A stretch of 64,000 nucleotides of DNA, taken from assembly GCF_006345805.1 (NCBI RefSeq), contig NC_043010.1, positions 67,456,001 to 67,520,000 on the forward strand, written 5' to 3'. Shown here in pieces: positions 39,541 to 52,221 of this stretch (within the stretch, counting starts at the first letter, position 1; every line of letters starts with the position of its first letter). Made by a program: the position numbers and the translations under genes. The DNA is from Octopus sinensis (Eukaryota). The notes beneath the pieces were generated by a model. It saw only the letters and a list, made by a program, of their open reading frames with translations, was not told where the DNA came from and did no database searches.

Positions 39541-39894
39541 TTTTATGCTATCAAATGTGGTAGTTATTGCTCCCTGTTTGGGGGATTGTGTGGCTGGTTA
39601 TTTGTGTTGTGTAACTCATAGATGTTTGATTAAGCTTTCGGCTCTTTTGGTTAGGTTCAAATACCTGTAATTTACTAGACTCTCTTCACTCAAGTGCACT
39701 CAATGCTCTGCATGAAGACTTGGCATAGACAGAGAACATTTTGATTCTGTATATCTGACACAGTCTGTTGTTCTAGTTTCCCTTCAAACCTGATATTTTT
39801 CCTTTCTTTCAGAATAGTTCAGTTTATCTTTGTGAAAGCATTCATTCTTCTTGTCGACTCTTATCATTTTTTTTTATAGTGCTTAGTGGCTGCA

Positions 39895-39943
<49 letters not shown>

Positions 39944-40330
39944 TCCTTCACTTTTCACTCTTTCTGTCTGCCTCTCACACATGCCCTCTCTGTCTCTCTC
40001 ACACATGCCCTCTCTCTGTCTCTCTCACTCATGCCCTCTCTTTGTCTCTCTCACTCATGCCCTCTCTCTGTCTCTCTCACACATGCCCTCTCTCTGTCTC
40101 TCTCACATGCCCTCTCTCTGTCTCTCACATGCCCTCTCCTCTCTCTCACATGCCCTCTCCTTCTCTCTCTCACATGCCCTCTCTCTCTCACATGCCCTCT
40201 CTCTCTCACATGCCCTCTCTCTCTCTCTCTCTCTCTCACACATGCCCTCTCCTCTTCACACTCTCTCTCTCACTCTCATGCCTTTTCTTCTTCACACACA
40301 CACACACCTCTCTCTGTCTCACAAGTCCTC
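39895..40330. repeat. (CA)n plus (ctctctcacatgccct)n minisatellite
   Basis: Directly visible. Confidence 0.9.
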
Positions 40331-40988
40331 TCTCCTTCGCCCTCTCTCTCTCTCTCTCATGCTTTCACTTCTTCATCCTCTCTTCTTCTCTCACAATCTC
40401 TGTCTTGTCTGCCTGTCTTATGCTCTTCCTGCTTTTCCTCAGACTCTCTCTCTCTCCCTCTCTCTCTATCTGCTTCTATTTTAATCACAGACACCCTCTG
40501 TCTGTCTGCCTCTTCCCCCCCACCACCACTTTCTATCTCCTGCATCATCTCCAGCTTTCCTTTCCTTCCTCTCCTCGCTCACCTATGCTAACCTTGTCTA
40601 AACAAAAACTGGTCTTCAATTATGACACTCTGTTTACTCATGCTTGGAATTCTTTCAAGAATGTCTTCTTCTTCACTGCAGCTGTTTGCAGTCTCCGTTT
40701 GCTCAAGTGTTCAGGTTTTTTTCCACAGCAACTCTTATATGAACCACTGTTAGAGTACACGTGGATTTAGCTGAGGTCCTTACTGAGAGAATCTTAGCGG
40801 TGGCAGTGGTTTAAAGGATTAATTGATCTATTAATCTATATATAATCCGTCCTCTTTTATTATTGTTAATTTAGAAAGATTATCTCTCAAATAACCATGT
40901 AATTAGCAGAAAGCTGTTTGTTTATAACGATGCACTTCAGAACCCGGTATAACGAACTCACATTTTGGGTTTTTCCAATGTTTACTCC

Positions 40989-41206
40989 TTACTCTTTTAC
41001 TCTTTTCCTTTTTTACTTGTTTCAGTCATTTGACTGCGGCCATGCTGGAGCACCGCCTTTAGTCGAGCAAATCGACCCCGGGACTTATTCTTTTGTAAGC
41101 CCAGTACTTATTCTATCGGTCTCTTTTTGCCGAACCGCTAAGTGACGGGGACGTAAACACACCAGCATCGGTTGTCAAGCAATGCTAGGGGGTCAAACAC
41201 ACACAT

Positions 41207-41247
<41 letters not shown>

Positions 41248-41422
41248 CATACATATATACGACAGGCTTCTTTCAGTTTCCGTCTACCAAATCCACTCAC
41301 AAGGCATTGGTCGGCCCGGGGCTATAGCAGAAGACACTTGCCCAAGATGCCACGCAGTGGGACTGAACCCGGAACCATGTGGTTGGTTAGCAAGCTACTT
41401 ACCACACAGCCACTCCTGCACC
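40989..41422 (-). mobile_element. SINE family 1, full length
   Basis: Close reverse-complement match to the 43470 and 53316 copies. Confidence 0.92.
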
Positions 41423-41546
41423 TGTTTGCTAGCGTGGGGGTTATCTTGTGTATCTTCTTCCCGCATCTTCTTAACTTTAACTACAAGCAATGTCTCCCCA
41501 TCCCTGCCACCACCACCACCCCCATCTAAACTCTCATATCTCTCTG

Positions 41547-41954
41547 GGATCTTTTCGGTTTGAACGGCAGTTTTTAACATAATTTCTAGGTAACTAAAAA
41601 ATTTTATTTTACTTCGTATACTGGTAGAATGTGTTTATAAAACATCTTTTTCTCTTGGCTTTGAGAAAATTCTGTAGTTTGTAAGATATGTTGTTTTTTT
41701 TTTTCTTCAATTTCTGCAATTTCAACCAATCAATGATGTCTATTGAGGTAAAAAACATTGTGCCGTATGAATATGTCCCTCATTTAAGAAACAGATTGGG
41801 TTTATTTACATTTGTGTGAAAAAAAGATACCCTTCCCCCACCCCTAACCCTAAAACAGATTGAAATGCAATAGATTGATACTAGGGTCATAATTATGGGT
41901 GACAATTTCATATGACACCGCTAGAAAAAACTGCTGTTCAAACTGAAAAGATCC
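41547..41954. mobile_element. Merlin-like MITE monomer (408 bp)
   Basis: TIR GGATCTTTTC(G/A)GTTTGAAC(G/A)GCAGTTTTT; perfect 8-bp TSD tctctctg; body homologous to the arms of 4623-5431. Confidence 0.8.
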
Positions 41955-42039
41955 TCTCTCTGCTTTCCTCATTTTCTCTTCCTTCTCACATCATTATCAA
42001 CCTCTAGAAATTACTGTCACCAGTTCTGGGACTTATAGG

Positions 42040-42245
42040 GTCAGTTAACCCAGTTTCCACGACATGCAAACAACTGAGATGACAATATTTCACCCGAATG
42101 AGACTCCAGTCCACCACGGGGCACTCGTTTACAGCTGAGTGAACTAGAACGTGAATGGAACTCGAGAAACAATGCACTGCTCAATCCAGAATTGAGACCA
42201 CATCTTGCGATAGTGAGCACAACGTCTTAACCACTAGGCCATGCT
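42040..42245 (-). mobile_element. SINE family 4, degenerate (second copy at about 63600-63815)
   Basis: Minus-strand tggcctagtggtta(a/g) A box and cactcagctgtaaa block in both copies. Confidence 0.6.
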
Positions 42246-42413
42246 CTTTCCCTCTTTCATATATTATGTGGAACCTCTTTTCATATTTTTCCTACTTGGT
42301 ATATAGTTCCTTATTCATGTGTAACTGGAACTTTGTGAGATTGGAAGAGAAGCAAACTCCTGGTAATTCAAGTTCGCCACTCAGATTCAAGGTTTCGTTG
42401 TATCGTTTCATTT

Positions 42414-42706
42414 GTTAGTTAGTTAATTTGGCTCAAAAGCAAATAGCAAGGCCATGTAGGGGGACATGGAGTTAAGTACAGGGTGGTGTTCATGTAAAGA
42501 GTTCAGGCCACTTGAGGTCAAGGGAGGCTTTGAACAAAGCGATCGTCGGCATCTTCACCATCTCGTCTGGCAGCTTGTTCCACGGATCCGCAACCCGGAC
42601 GGAGAAAGCTCCTCTCCTTCGATTGAGATGAAATTGTCGCAGGTAGAGCTTTTCGGAATGACCCCGCAGCCGACGCTCTGGAGCAGGAGTGAAGAACAGC
42701 TCTTTC
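42414..42706 (-). mobile_element. CR1-clade LINE 3' end
   Basis: Minus frame LRGHSEKLY...RRGAFSVRVADPWNKLPDEMV...FKASLD...* (stop at 42490), short UTR and (ctaa)n tail. Confidence 0.9.
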
Positions 42707-43469
42707 TCTTAATATCTTTGCTAAAGACATGAACATCATACAATCTTCATTTTAGGATTTTGTGATTAAGAAAATTAAGAGGTGGGCTTATGCTGTGTCA
42801 AGTGTTTGTGAGGTGATTGTGCACATTCCTCACCCCCACCTGCCCAAGTCATTGTTGATCAAAAATATTTTAAACTATCCGTAACTATAGCATCTTTTTC
42901 TTCACTCTTTTCAGACAGTGTGTCTGAGGCTGCATTACTCGTTGTGTCCTTCCTTTTTTAAATTGATTGGGTACATTATGAGGAAGATTTGACTGCTGTT
43001 TCTAGCAAGTTCTGACCACAGTCTCCTTCAGCTTGTGTGACTATATTATGCTTTTATGTTTAGAGATTATAGCTTTCTAGATGTGTCCAGACTTGCTTGT
43101 TTGACGTAAGTTACCGATTTTCGCCTCAATGGGTGACTCTTTATTGCAGTGTTTTTTTATGTATTACCAGAGATAAAAATTCATTTAAGAGAAGACAAAA
43201 ATATTATTGACAAAACAATGAATGGAATATCAAAAAGAATGGCAAACATGTTTATTCTCCAACCGTAAACAAAACAGCAGTATGTAAATTGGCTCAATAA
43301 AGACACTGGTGGTCTTTTTGATGTGCTTATTGCATAGAGAAGTTGAAGGTAGAGTCAGTAGAGTGCCGAACAAAATACTTTGTGGTTTTTTTGTTCCAGC
43401 TCTTTTATGTTCTGTATTCAATTCCTCCGAGATTCAACTTTGCTTGCTGTGCCATAACAAAAAAAAAAA

Positions 43470-44285
43470 GAGTGGCTGTGTGGTAAGTAGTTTGCTAACC
43501 AACCACATGGTTCCGGGTTCAGTCCCACTGCGTGGCATCTTGAGCAAGTGTCTTCTGCTATAGCCCCGGGCCGACCAATGCCTTGTGGGTGGATTTGGTA
43601 GATGGAAACTGAAAGAAGCTTGTTGTATATATGTATATATGTATATATATATGTGTGTGTGTGTGTATATGTTTGTGTGTCTGTGTTTGTCCCCCTAGCA
43701 TTGTTTGACAACCGATGCTGGTGTGTTTACGTCCCCGTCACTTAGCGGTTCGGCGAAAGAGACCGATAAAATAAGTACTGGGCTTACAAAGAATAAGTCC
43801 CGGGGTCGATTTGCTCGACTAAAGGCGGTGCTCCAGCATGGCCGCAGTCAAATGACCGAAACAAGTAAAAGAGAAAAGAGAGTACCATTTATGTCCTGGG
43901 GTCAATTAAATTGACTACAAATCATATATTGTCATAGGTGCAGGCATGGCTATGTTTGTAAGAAGCTTGCTTCCCAACCACATGCTTCTGGGTTCAGTCC
44001 TACTGCATGGCACCTTGGGCAAGTGTCTTCTCTAGCCTCAAGCCGATCAAAGCCTTGTGAGTGGATTTGGTAGACAGAAACTGAAAGAAGCCTATAATAT
44101 ATATATTTGTTTGTCTCCTCACCATTGCTTGAAAATGGATGTTGGTGTGTTAGCAGTTCAGCAAAAGAGACCGACAGAATAAGTCCTAGGCTTACAATGA
44201 ATGTCCTGTGGTCAACTTCTTCAGCTAAAAATCCCTTTAAGGCAGTGCTCCAGCATGGCCACAATCAAATGACTAAAAATAAAAA
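43470..44285 (+). mobile_element. Two SINE family 1 copies (43470-43883; 43936-44285)
   Basis: Match to the consensus. Confidence 0.9.
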
Positions 44286-44592
44286 AATAAATAAATCAAG
44301 AGCTAGAGTCCTGAAGACTGTGCAATGTATCCCACTTGGTAAATTCTGTGACAGTACTTGGTGCCAAGAGCTGTAAACGCTACCTTTGGACAGCAATGAT
44401 GGCATGGAAAGGGAAGGTTTTGCTGCATGGGTAGCTGCTGGTCTTCTATACAACGTTACCGAAGTCTACACCCTAGAGGGAGAACATTTTAGTATCACCT
44501 CACTGCATTCTGTCAACTCAGACTGAAGCAAGACCTTCCAGATGTGGGGCCAATGTATGACCTTACGAGACATGCTAAAAATGATTCATTAA

Positions 44593-45045
44593 CCCTTTCG
44601 TTACTGTATTTTGAGATGCTCTGTGTTTCTTTCAATTAATTTTGAATATAACAAAGAACTTAGTAAAATAACTTAATCATTCAGCTAGTGTTAGGAATAT
44701 AAATTGTGACTAAAGCTTGGAAGATTTTAATTCAAAACTTATGAAAACAAGACATTTGTACTACAGAGCCAGAGCCAGTTTCACCTGGGTTGGTATCAAA
44801 AGGGTTAAGAATTGTTTCTCTATTATATATTTTAACCCTTTCGTTATTGTATTTATTTTGAGATGCTCTGTTTCTTTCAATTAATTTTAAATATAACAAA
44901 GAATTTAGTAAAATAACTTGGTTATCATTCAGCTAGTGTTAGGGACATAAATTGTGACTAAGGTTTGGTGGAAGATTTTAATTCAAGACATTTGTACTAC
45001 ACTGCAGAGTCAGAGCCAGTTTTAGCCGGGTTGGTAACAAAAGGG
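44593..45045 (-). mobile_element. piggyBac-like MITE family A dimer (44593-44804, 44836-45045)
   Basis: Four TTAA sites and CCCTTT termini; the spacer is the exact reverse complement of 572-594. Confidence 0.88.
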
Positions 45046-46315
45046 TTAATTGCTGGTGCTGTTAGATATTTTTTTGTCTTAGTGTTTCTCCTTCGTCTCA
45101 CCCCCTCACATTCCTGCTGTAATTTAGTGTCTCAAACTATAGGATACTGTTTGAGCATAGTAAGAATTTAATAAGTTTACACACATTATAAAGATTTCTT
45201 TGAAATGATGATATACCTATTGATTTAGACGGAACGTTATCCAATAAATGTGGCTGTTTTTTTCAAGTCCTGCTATTTTAATTTTTATTTCACTGTTTAC
45301 TTGTTAAGGTTATCTCTACAGATATTCTTGAGAAATTATAGCCAACACTATAATTTCTATAGAATATTGGTAGAGGTAACCTTAACAAGTGATGTAAAAT
45401 GCACTGCTAACACTGTAGGACACTGTATTATAAAAACATTTGATATATTTTATAGTATATTACGGTTGCATAGTGAATTATCATGGCCTTACAAGCCATT
45501 GATATTGTTTAAGGATTGTCTGGTGTTGAAAAAATACCTCCCTTGGTGCAAGAGATTGCATTGAAACTGGCATCGTATTTGTGCTGATTTCTACAGTCCT
45601 CCCCCTACCCCCCTACATAGCCCTGGTGACATTTGAACTTGGAATAACCAGATGGTTGACTGGGGGCATTTAAAACCCAAGTTTGAAAATTCAACTCAAC
45701 TTGTATTGAATTTGAAAGCAATTGACTCTCAAATTTCTTTTTTTTCTTCCTCCTTCATGTCTGGCTCACGTGATCCTCTCCACTTGGGTAACCTACAGCT
45801 CAAGAAGGCATCGAGTGTCAGTCGTTTGACCTTCATATCTATATATGTCTCCCTGTTACCTCTTATAGCTGACCTTCTTTCCCTTTCTGGTATTGCTATT
45901 CTTGTTGATTTTGTGATGGTGTTGAGGGGAGAGTAGGTAGGTGAAGTGATGTTAGTCTAATGTATTTGTCAGTGAAGTGGTGTTGAGTTGTCTTTAGTGT
46001 GTGTGTGCTATATAATGAGGTATGTTTCTTGTTCATATGTGTGGGAGGCCAAATGAGTTACTGTTGTGTGTAAGGGCGGTGAAGGTCAAGAGATCTTTCT
46101 CTATTGTGGAGTCCAAGACTTGTTGGTGTAGGTCTGATGGTGTTGGATGCTGTAGCAGTGGTTGATTACAGCTTAGAGAGTGAAAGTGACTTAGTTGTGG
46201 TGGTAGTGGTGGTGTCTGTATGAAGGGGAGATCCTCATTTCTGTAAAAACCAGTTTTAGGTTTCATGTGGGGTTCATAACTTTGCAGATTTTTACAACAG
46301 TAGGTGTGTTTAAGG

Positions 46316-46603
46316 CAGTGCTACTCAGTGGTAGTCCGCAGACCGGTACCGGTCCACAAGTCAACAGCTGCCAGTACGTGGCAAATTTCCAGAAAAGAAA
46401 AACAAAATGCTTATGTAATTTTGTATTATTTGTTCACAAAATAAATATAAGATTAGAAAAAAATTGTCAACTTTTATTATATTCATTATATATATTGTTT
46501 CTGGTATAAATTAATATTACTAAGAAATATTACCGGTCCCTGGCACATTGGGTAGGGGTGGGGGACTGCCAGTACACCACATCAGATAGTTTGAGAAGCG
46601 CTG
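46316..46603. mobile_element. hAT (Charlie-like) MITE
   Basis: cagtgctactca / tgagaagcgctg TIRs; TSD gtttaagg / gttgaagg (7 of 8 match). Confidence 0.75.
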
Positions 46604-47370
46604 GTTGAAGGATTAATAATTATAGCCTACTCTAAAGTGGCAAGCTGGCAGAATCGTTAGCATGCTGGGCAAAATGCTTATCATTTCATCTGTCTTTATG
46701 TTCTGAGTTCAAAAATTACACCAATGTTGACTTTGCCTGTCATCCTTTTGGGAGTCAATAAAAAAAATTGCCAGATGAGAACTGGTGTTGATGTAATTGA
46801 CTGCCCCCTTTCCTTGAAATTGCTGGCCGTGTGCCAAAATTTGAAACAAATAATTGGTTGGCTCCCCACTGTAAGGTGGTTGGCATTTGGAAGGGTGTTC
46901 AGTTGTAAAATCCCTGTCAAAACTGACCTCTCTTGTACTGGTGCCACATAAAATAACTCAGTCCACTCTACTGGGTGGTTGGTGTTAGGAAGGGCCTTTG
47001 TCTTCATTCAACATGCAAAACTTGCTCTCATAGCATAATTTCAGCAATGAGTGCTTAAATGTGTGAGATAGAAAAACACCGACATTACTTGCTTTATTAG
47101 TAGAGAATCCATACATTTGAACTGGAGTGACTAATCAAATCAATGACCTAAGTGTTCCCTAGGATCTCTTCTTAAATGAGAATTTGGCCTCCGTAAATTT
47201 CTTATTAGTGACAGATTTCTAACTATTAGACAGTGAAAATATCTGTTGTTGAGGAACACCTTGTTCTCTAGTTTGTCTGTTTGAATGTGTTGGAATATAA
47301 CTGAAGCCAAAACCCATTTTGTTTCATTATCGTATTTCTGTTCAGACACACTATATTTATTACAGTTACT

Positions 47371-47717
47371 CTGTGGAGGCGCAATGGCCCAGTGGTTAGG
47401 GCAGCAGACTCACGGTCATAGGATCGTGGTTTCGATTCCCAGACCGGGCGTTGTGAGTGTTTATTGAGCGAAAACACCTAAAAGCTCCACGAGGCTCCGG
47501 CAGGGGATGGTGGTGATCCCTGCTGTACTCTTTCACCACAACTTTCTCTCACTCTTACTTCCTGTTTCTGTTGTACCTGTATTTCAAGGGGCCAGCCTTG
47601 TCACTCTCTGTGTCACGCTGAATATCCCCGAGAACTACGTTAAGGGTTCACGAGCAGGCTGTTCCGTTGATTCGGATCAACCGGAACCCTTATCGTCGTA
47701 ACCAACGGAGTGCTTCC
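47371..47717 (+). mobile_element. SINE family 2
   Basis: tRNA-like head; 12-bp TSD attacagttact; inverted relative to the 37331 copy. Confidence 0.88.
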
Positions 47718-49333
47718 ATTACAGTTACTAAATTCTTCTTGGTTTTCCAAAAATATAACTTTTGTCATCATTAAGCTGATATTTCAAACATAAATTAACA
47801 GAAAATTTTAATTAAGTTCACTTTAAAACAGGAAGTTTGTATCATAGAACCAAGGGTGGTCTCAGGCATGTTGCCATCAAAGGGTCAATATTCAGATTAC
47901 AGTCCAGAGTTAACTGAATGATCACATTGTTACAGCTCTGATATTAACATCCTGTTTCTTCCTTTTTTTCTTCTTCTTCTTGATACACTCCTGCAGTTTC
48001 GAAATTCATGTCGCTCTGATTCCACGCCAGTATTCACACCACTAGTCTTCCCCCCCACTAGCCTCCCCACCCCTCTTAGCCTAAGGAGTTTAGATGAGTT
48101 AACTTTTTGGCTTATACTGGGTGCAGATTGCATTGATAACCAGCTGGAGGAGGCTCTTCCTGGGGTTATAATGCAGGCTCAATTTTGCATGTTGGAACTA
48201 ACACGAGATTCTTTTCCTTTTCGAAAAGTGCATCTTATCTGACATGTGAAATACAATATAACTTTTCTCTGGTGTACACGTCCTTAAAATCTAAGAATAG
48301 CAGTATTGTCTCTGTTATCTTGCTCATTTGCACCTTTTTTTTTTTTTATATACCATGCTGACATAATAAATATTGTTGAGATATAGTTTTACAGCTGGAT
48401 TCTCAGAATATAAAACTTGACAATACTGCTGAACCTCTTATCTGCCATGCTAACGATCCTGCCAGCTCCACTGCTTTTACCAAAATAATAATGATAATAA
48501 TTCTATCTGCTGTAGGGCACAAGGCCTGAAATTTGTGGGGGCGGGAGTGTCAATTACAGGGACTCCAGGGTTCAACAGGTACTTATTTTATTGACCCACC
48601 CCAAAAGGATAAAAGGTAAGGTCAGACCTTGGCTGAATTTGAATTCAGAACGTCCAAGACAGATGGAATTTTGCTAAACATTTTGCCTGGCATGCTAACA
48701 ATTCTACCAGCTCGTGATCCTTGAGGCCCGAAATTTTGGGGATGGGGTACAGTTGATTATATTAACCCCCCCCAAATTCACTGACCGTTGTTTTATCCAT
48801 CCTGAAGGGATGTAAAACAAAGTTGACATCATAGGATTTGTCCAGTATGTATAAAGAACGGAGGACATGCTGCTAAAATGTTGTCTGATGCGTTAACAAT
48901 TCTTCTGGGTTTTCCACTCTCCTAATAATAATAATAATTTTTGCAATTACTTTTTCTGTGTGTACGTGTATGAGGTTGGTTATTTCAAAATAGCAAATCC
49001 CAAGTGTTCCAAATGTTTACACAAACAAAAATTTACTCTACCTCACACCTCCAAGAATTGATGATCACATATCATTAAAGTGATTGTGATGGGTGGGGGG
49101 ATCCCATTTCTGAAATAAAATTTCGATTGATAATTTTTGATTAGGTTTCAAATTCATTTACATCCTTCACTGTTCTCTAAGTTTCATGTTTGAAAATACA
49201 CTTAACGAATATGATATACCAGCTAAATTTACATTTCTTTTCCTTAATACATTTTTTGTTTTGTTGGTTTTTTTTTTTGGTTTTATATTTTATTACGAAG
49301 TTGATATTATGTATTCTGTTTGTTCTCTTCCAG

Positions 49334-50263
49334 ATGAAGAAGGTCGGAAAGCCGAAATGGGAGCTAACTGGATACACGGCATTGAGAAAAACCCAATTTA
49401 CCAGATCGCTGAAAGTAATGAGCTTTTACAGTTGCGTAACAAGAACAAAACCCTACGACATAAACGCCTTTTTCTGCAGGAGGATGGGTCAAGCATCTGT
49501 GGCGAAGTCCTAAACAAAGTCGATCTTGCTTTCGGCCAGTGTATGGTTGAATGTGAAGCTTTTTTCAAGGATGATATGGATATACCCGGCAACATGGAAA
49601 GCGTTGGAGATTACATTGATCAGGATCTTTATTACCATCTTGACAACTTATCTTACGAAGAAAGAAAGCGCTTCTTACTCGTCTACGAGCAGCGTGTCTC
49701 ATCAGAATGCATCATTAATGGATGCAATAGCCTCTTTGATGTGTCACTAAGTGATATTGGTAGCTATGAAGAGCTGCCTGGAATCCACTATACTATTCCC
49801 CCAGGTTTTGAGAAGGTTATTGAAATTCTCAAGAGCAATATCCCACCAAATTCTATTCTTTTAAACCATCCTGTGCGCTGTATACACTGGGCTCGTCCAG
49901 TGAACTGTGAGAATAGAGAACACCCAGTGTGTGTCGAGTGCGAGAACCAAGAACTATTCCAGGCTGATCATGTGATAGTCACAGTTTCCCTTGGTGTGCT
50001 AAAGGCAGCGTGCAACCGAATGTTCAACCCACAGATACCAAATCGGAAGCTACTAGCCATCGATCATCTGGGTTTCGGTATTGTAGATAAGATCATTTTG
50101 GAGTTTGATCGATCCATAATTGACTCAGACACAAAGCTTATAAATCTGCTCTGGAACAGTAAGAGAGACTCAAACAAAGAGAACTTCCGGAGCCCGAACC
50201 TCGGAGACACCTGGGTGAGAGGTATTACCTCATTTGAGGTCATTCACAAGAATGTTTTATTGG
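49334..50263 (+). CDS. SMOX/PAOX: Flavin polyamine oxidase, second coding exon (930 nt); gene continues beyond
   Basis: Pyrimidine tract plus ccag| acceptor at 49333. G+AT joins exon 1 to give WTIS-D-EEGRKAEMGANWIHGIEKNPIYQIA. Family motifs GANWIHG, ADHVIVTVSLGVLK and LGFGIVDKIILEF (conserved active-site Lys). Donor G|gtaagt at 50263/50264, phase 1, after NVLLG. Confidence 0.95.
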
Positions 50264-50356
50264 GTAAGTTTCTTTTTTTTTTTTTTTTTTTTCTTCCTTT
50301 TTTCTTTTTTTGTCTTTGTAACTCTTTCGATGAATTCGTCCTCTTTTTGTCTAGGG

Positions 50357-50544
50357 CAGTGCTCTGCAACCGTTTTTTCACCTGTGGCACACTTATATGC
50401 TTTTCAAAATTTGGCGGCACACCTGAACTAAAACTATAACTAAAAGTATAGGCAAAAAGATTATATTCAGGTTACATTGTGGCACACCTTAGCATCGTCT
50501 CATGGCACACCAGTATGCTGTGACATACAAGTTGTGGAGCACTG
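50357..50544. mobile_element. hAT (Charlie-like) MITE
   Basis: cagtgctctgcaac / gttgtggagcactg TIRs; perfect TSD gtctaggg. Confidence 0.9.
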
Positions 50545-50959
50545 GTCTAGGGAGGGTCATCATGCCAATATAATTTAACATACACACACACACTGGTTCA
50601 ATTCCACTCATTTATTAATTATCAAATTTTTTTTTTTTGTCAAAGCTCTTTTGTTCTTTTTTCTGCAACCTTCTCAGTGACTATTGACTCATTACAAAAT
50701 CGATACAAAATCGACTAATATTTATCGACTAATTGCAAACAAGGAAATTGGTGTTTCTACAATGGTTTCAGTGACTGGAATGCAGCATTGCTGTTAAGGG
50801 TTTCAGTCGATCTTATCGATCCCATCACTTACTTCCACCGTGTACTTATTATTTTATCAGTCTCTATTTAGCAAATGGCTAAGTCTTAACTCTTCTTGGC
50901 ATAAAAGCACACAACTCATCACACCAATTTACATCAAAGCACGTGCAATCATACACACA

Positions 50960-51031
<72 letters not shown>

Positions 51032-51187
51032 CACACACACTTGTAGGTTTTTATATGCTTTCTGCTACTAAATTTCTCTCTAACAACCTTTTTAGTTGTT
51101 ACAAGGCTACATCAAGATATTTTGCACAAGATTGTGTATGGGTGTTGTGTTGTGTAGGTGCAGATGTGTGATTGTGTGTGTTTATTA

Positions 51188-51416
51188 TTTCTTTACTGCC
51201 CACAAGGGGCTACACACAGAAGGGACAAACAAGGACAGACAAATGGATTGTTGATTATATCGACTCCAGTGCGTAACTGGTAATTAATTTGTCGACCCCA
51301 AAAGGATGAAAGGCAAAGTCGACCTTGGCGGAATTTGAACTGACAACGTAACAGCAGACGAAATACGGCTACGCATTTCGCCTGGCGTGCTAACGTTTCT
51401 GCCAGCTTGCTGCCTT
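51188..51416 (-). mobile_element. SINE family 3, full length (other copies at about 10708, 24543, 29060, 37155, 46635, 48500-48910, 52103, 56440-56840, 58145-58510)
   Basis: Minus-strand head ggcagcaagctggcagaaacgttagc, B-box-like agttcaaattcc, tail agccccttgtgggcagtaaagaaata. Confidence 0.85.
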
Positions 51417-52221
51417 CAATTTGTGTTTATGTATGTGTGCATGCTTATGCATATGTGTCCTGGTGTGCACATGCACTTTAGTGTGCATGCGAGCATGCTG
51501 GTGTGTGTGTGCATGCGAGCGTGCTGGTGTGCGCAAGCGTGCGTGCTGATGTGTATGTGCATACACATCTGTACGTACGTGTGTGTGCTTCTTTATTTTC
51601 CTGTGTGGGTATATGTGTATGCTTGTATTCATATATGTGCATGTTTGTGTATATGTTAATGTGCACTTTCCTCTGTGTGTGTGTGTGTGTGCGTACACGC
51701 GTGCATGCATGCATTTTTCAAAATTTTCTTTTGCTGTTAATGTTACTTGAGGAGTTGTCAAAGTAAACAGATTAACGTTCAGTATGTTGAGTAAATCCCT
51801 CTGTCAACTGGGAAGAAAGAATCGTTAGCAATTTATTCGTTACATACCAATAAATAAAACATTTTTTTATTACTATGATATATTTCAAATAAAATAAATG
51901 AAAAAATCAGCATTAGATATTTTAACTTGTGTAAGCACAGTGGAATCCGTTCTTTAGCATTCGTTTTGATAATAATTGACATTAATTCGTCAGTCAGAAA
52001 GTAGTAACATTTCTTTTATCGCAATTCAATGACAAATACAGAGAAATGTCTAGCAACACTGGAATATAACAAATAGCAATCACATATTTTCTTTATAAAA
52101 CGAGGCGGGCTGTAAGCTGGCAGGCAAAATGATTATCTGCATTTTGCTCATCTTTGTTCTGCGTTCGATTGCTGCTGAGGTCAACTTTACCTTTCGTCCT
52201 TTTGGGGTCGATAGAATAAGC

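Larger units (their letters stand above)
16573..49333 (+). other. Intron 1 of the polyamine oxidase gene (32,761 bp, GT-AG, repeat-filled)
   Basis: Canonical ends, matching phase, and a contiguous protein across the join leaving no room for another coding exon. Confidence 0.88.

Noticed and set aside
47000-47106. Second Helitron 5' end on the minus strand (tctctactaataaag)
   Set aside because: No matching hairpin/CTAG 3' end found.
47374-47450. tRNA gene
   Set aside because: A and B boxes are present, but it continues into a SINE body with a TSD and has no proper cloverleaf; the same holds for the other SINE heads.
49186-49333. ORF-track N-terminus of the 417-aa ORF
   Set aside because: Intronic T-rich sequence before the acceptor. 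Likewise 50264-50439 and 16573-16649 are read-through past donors.
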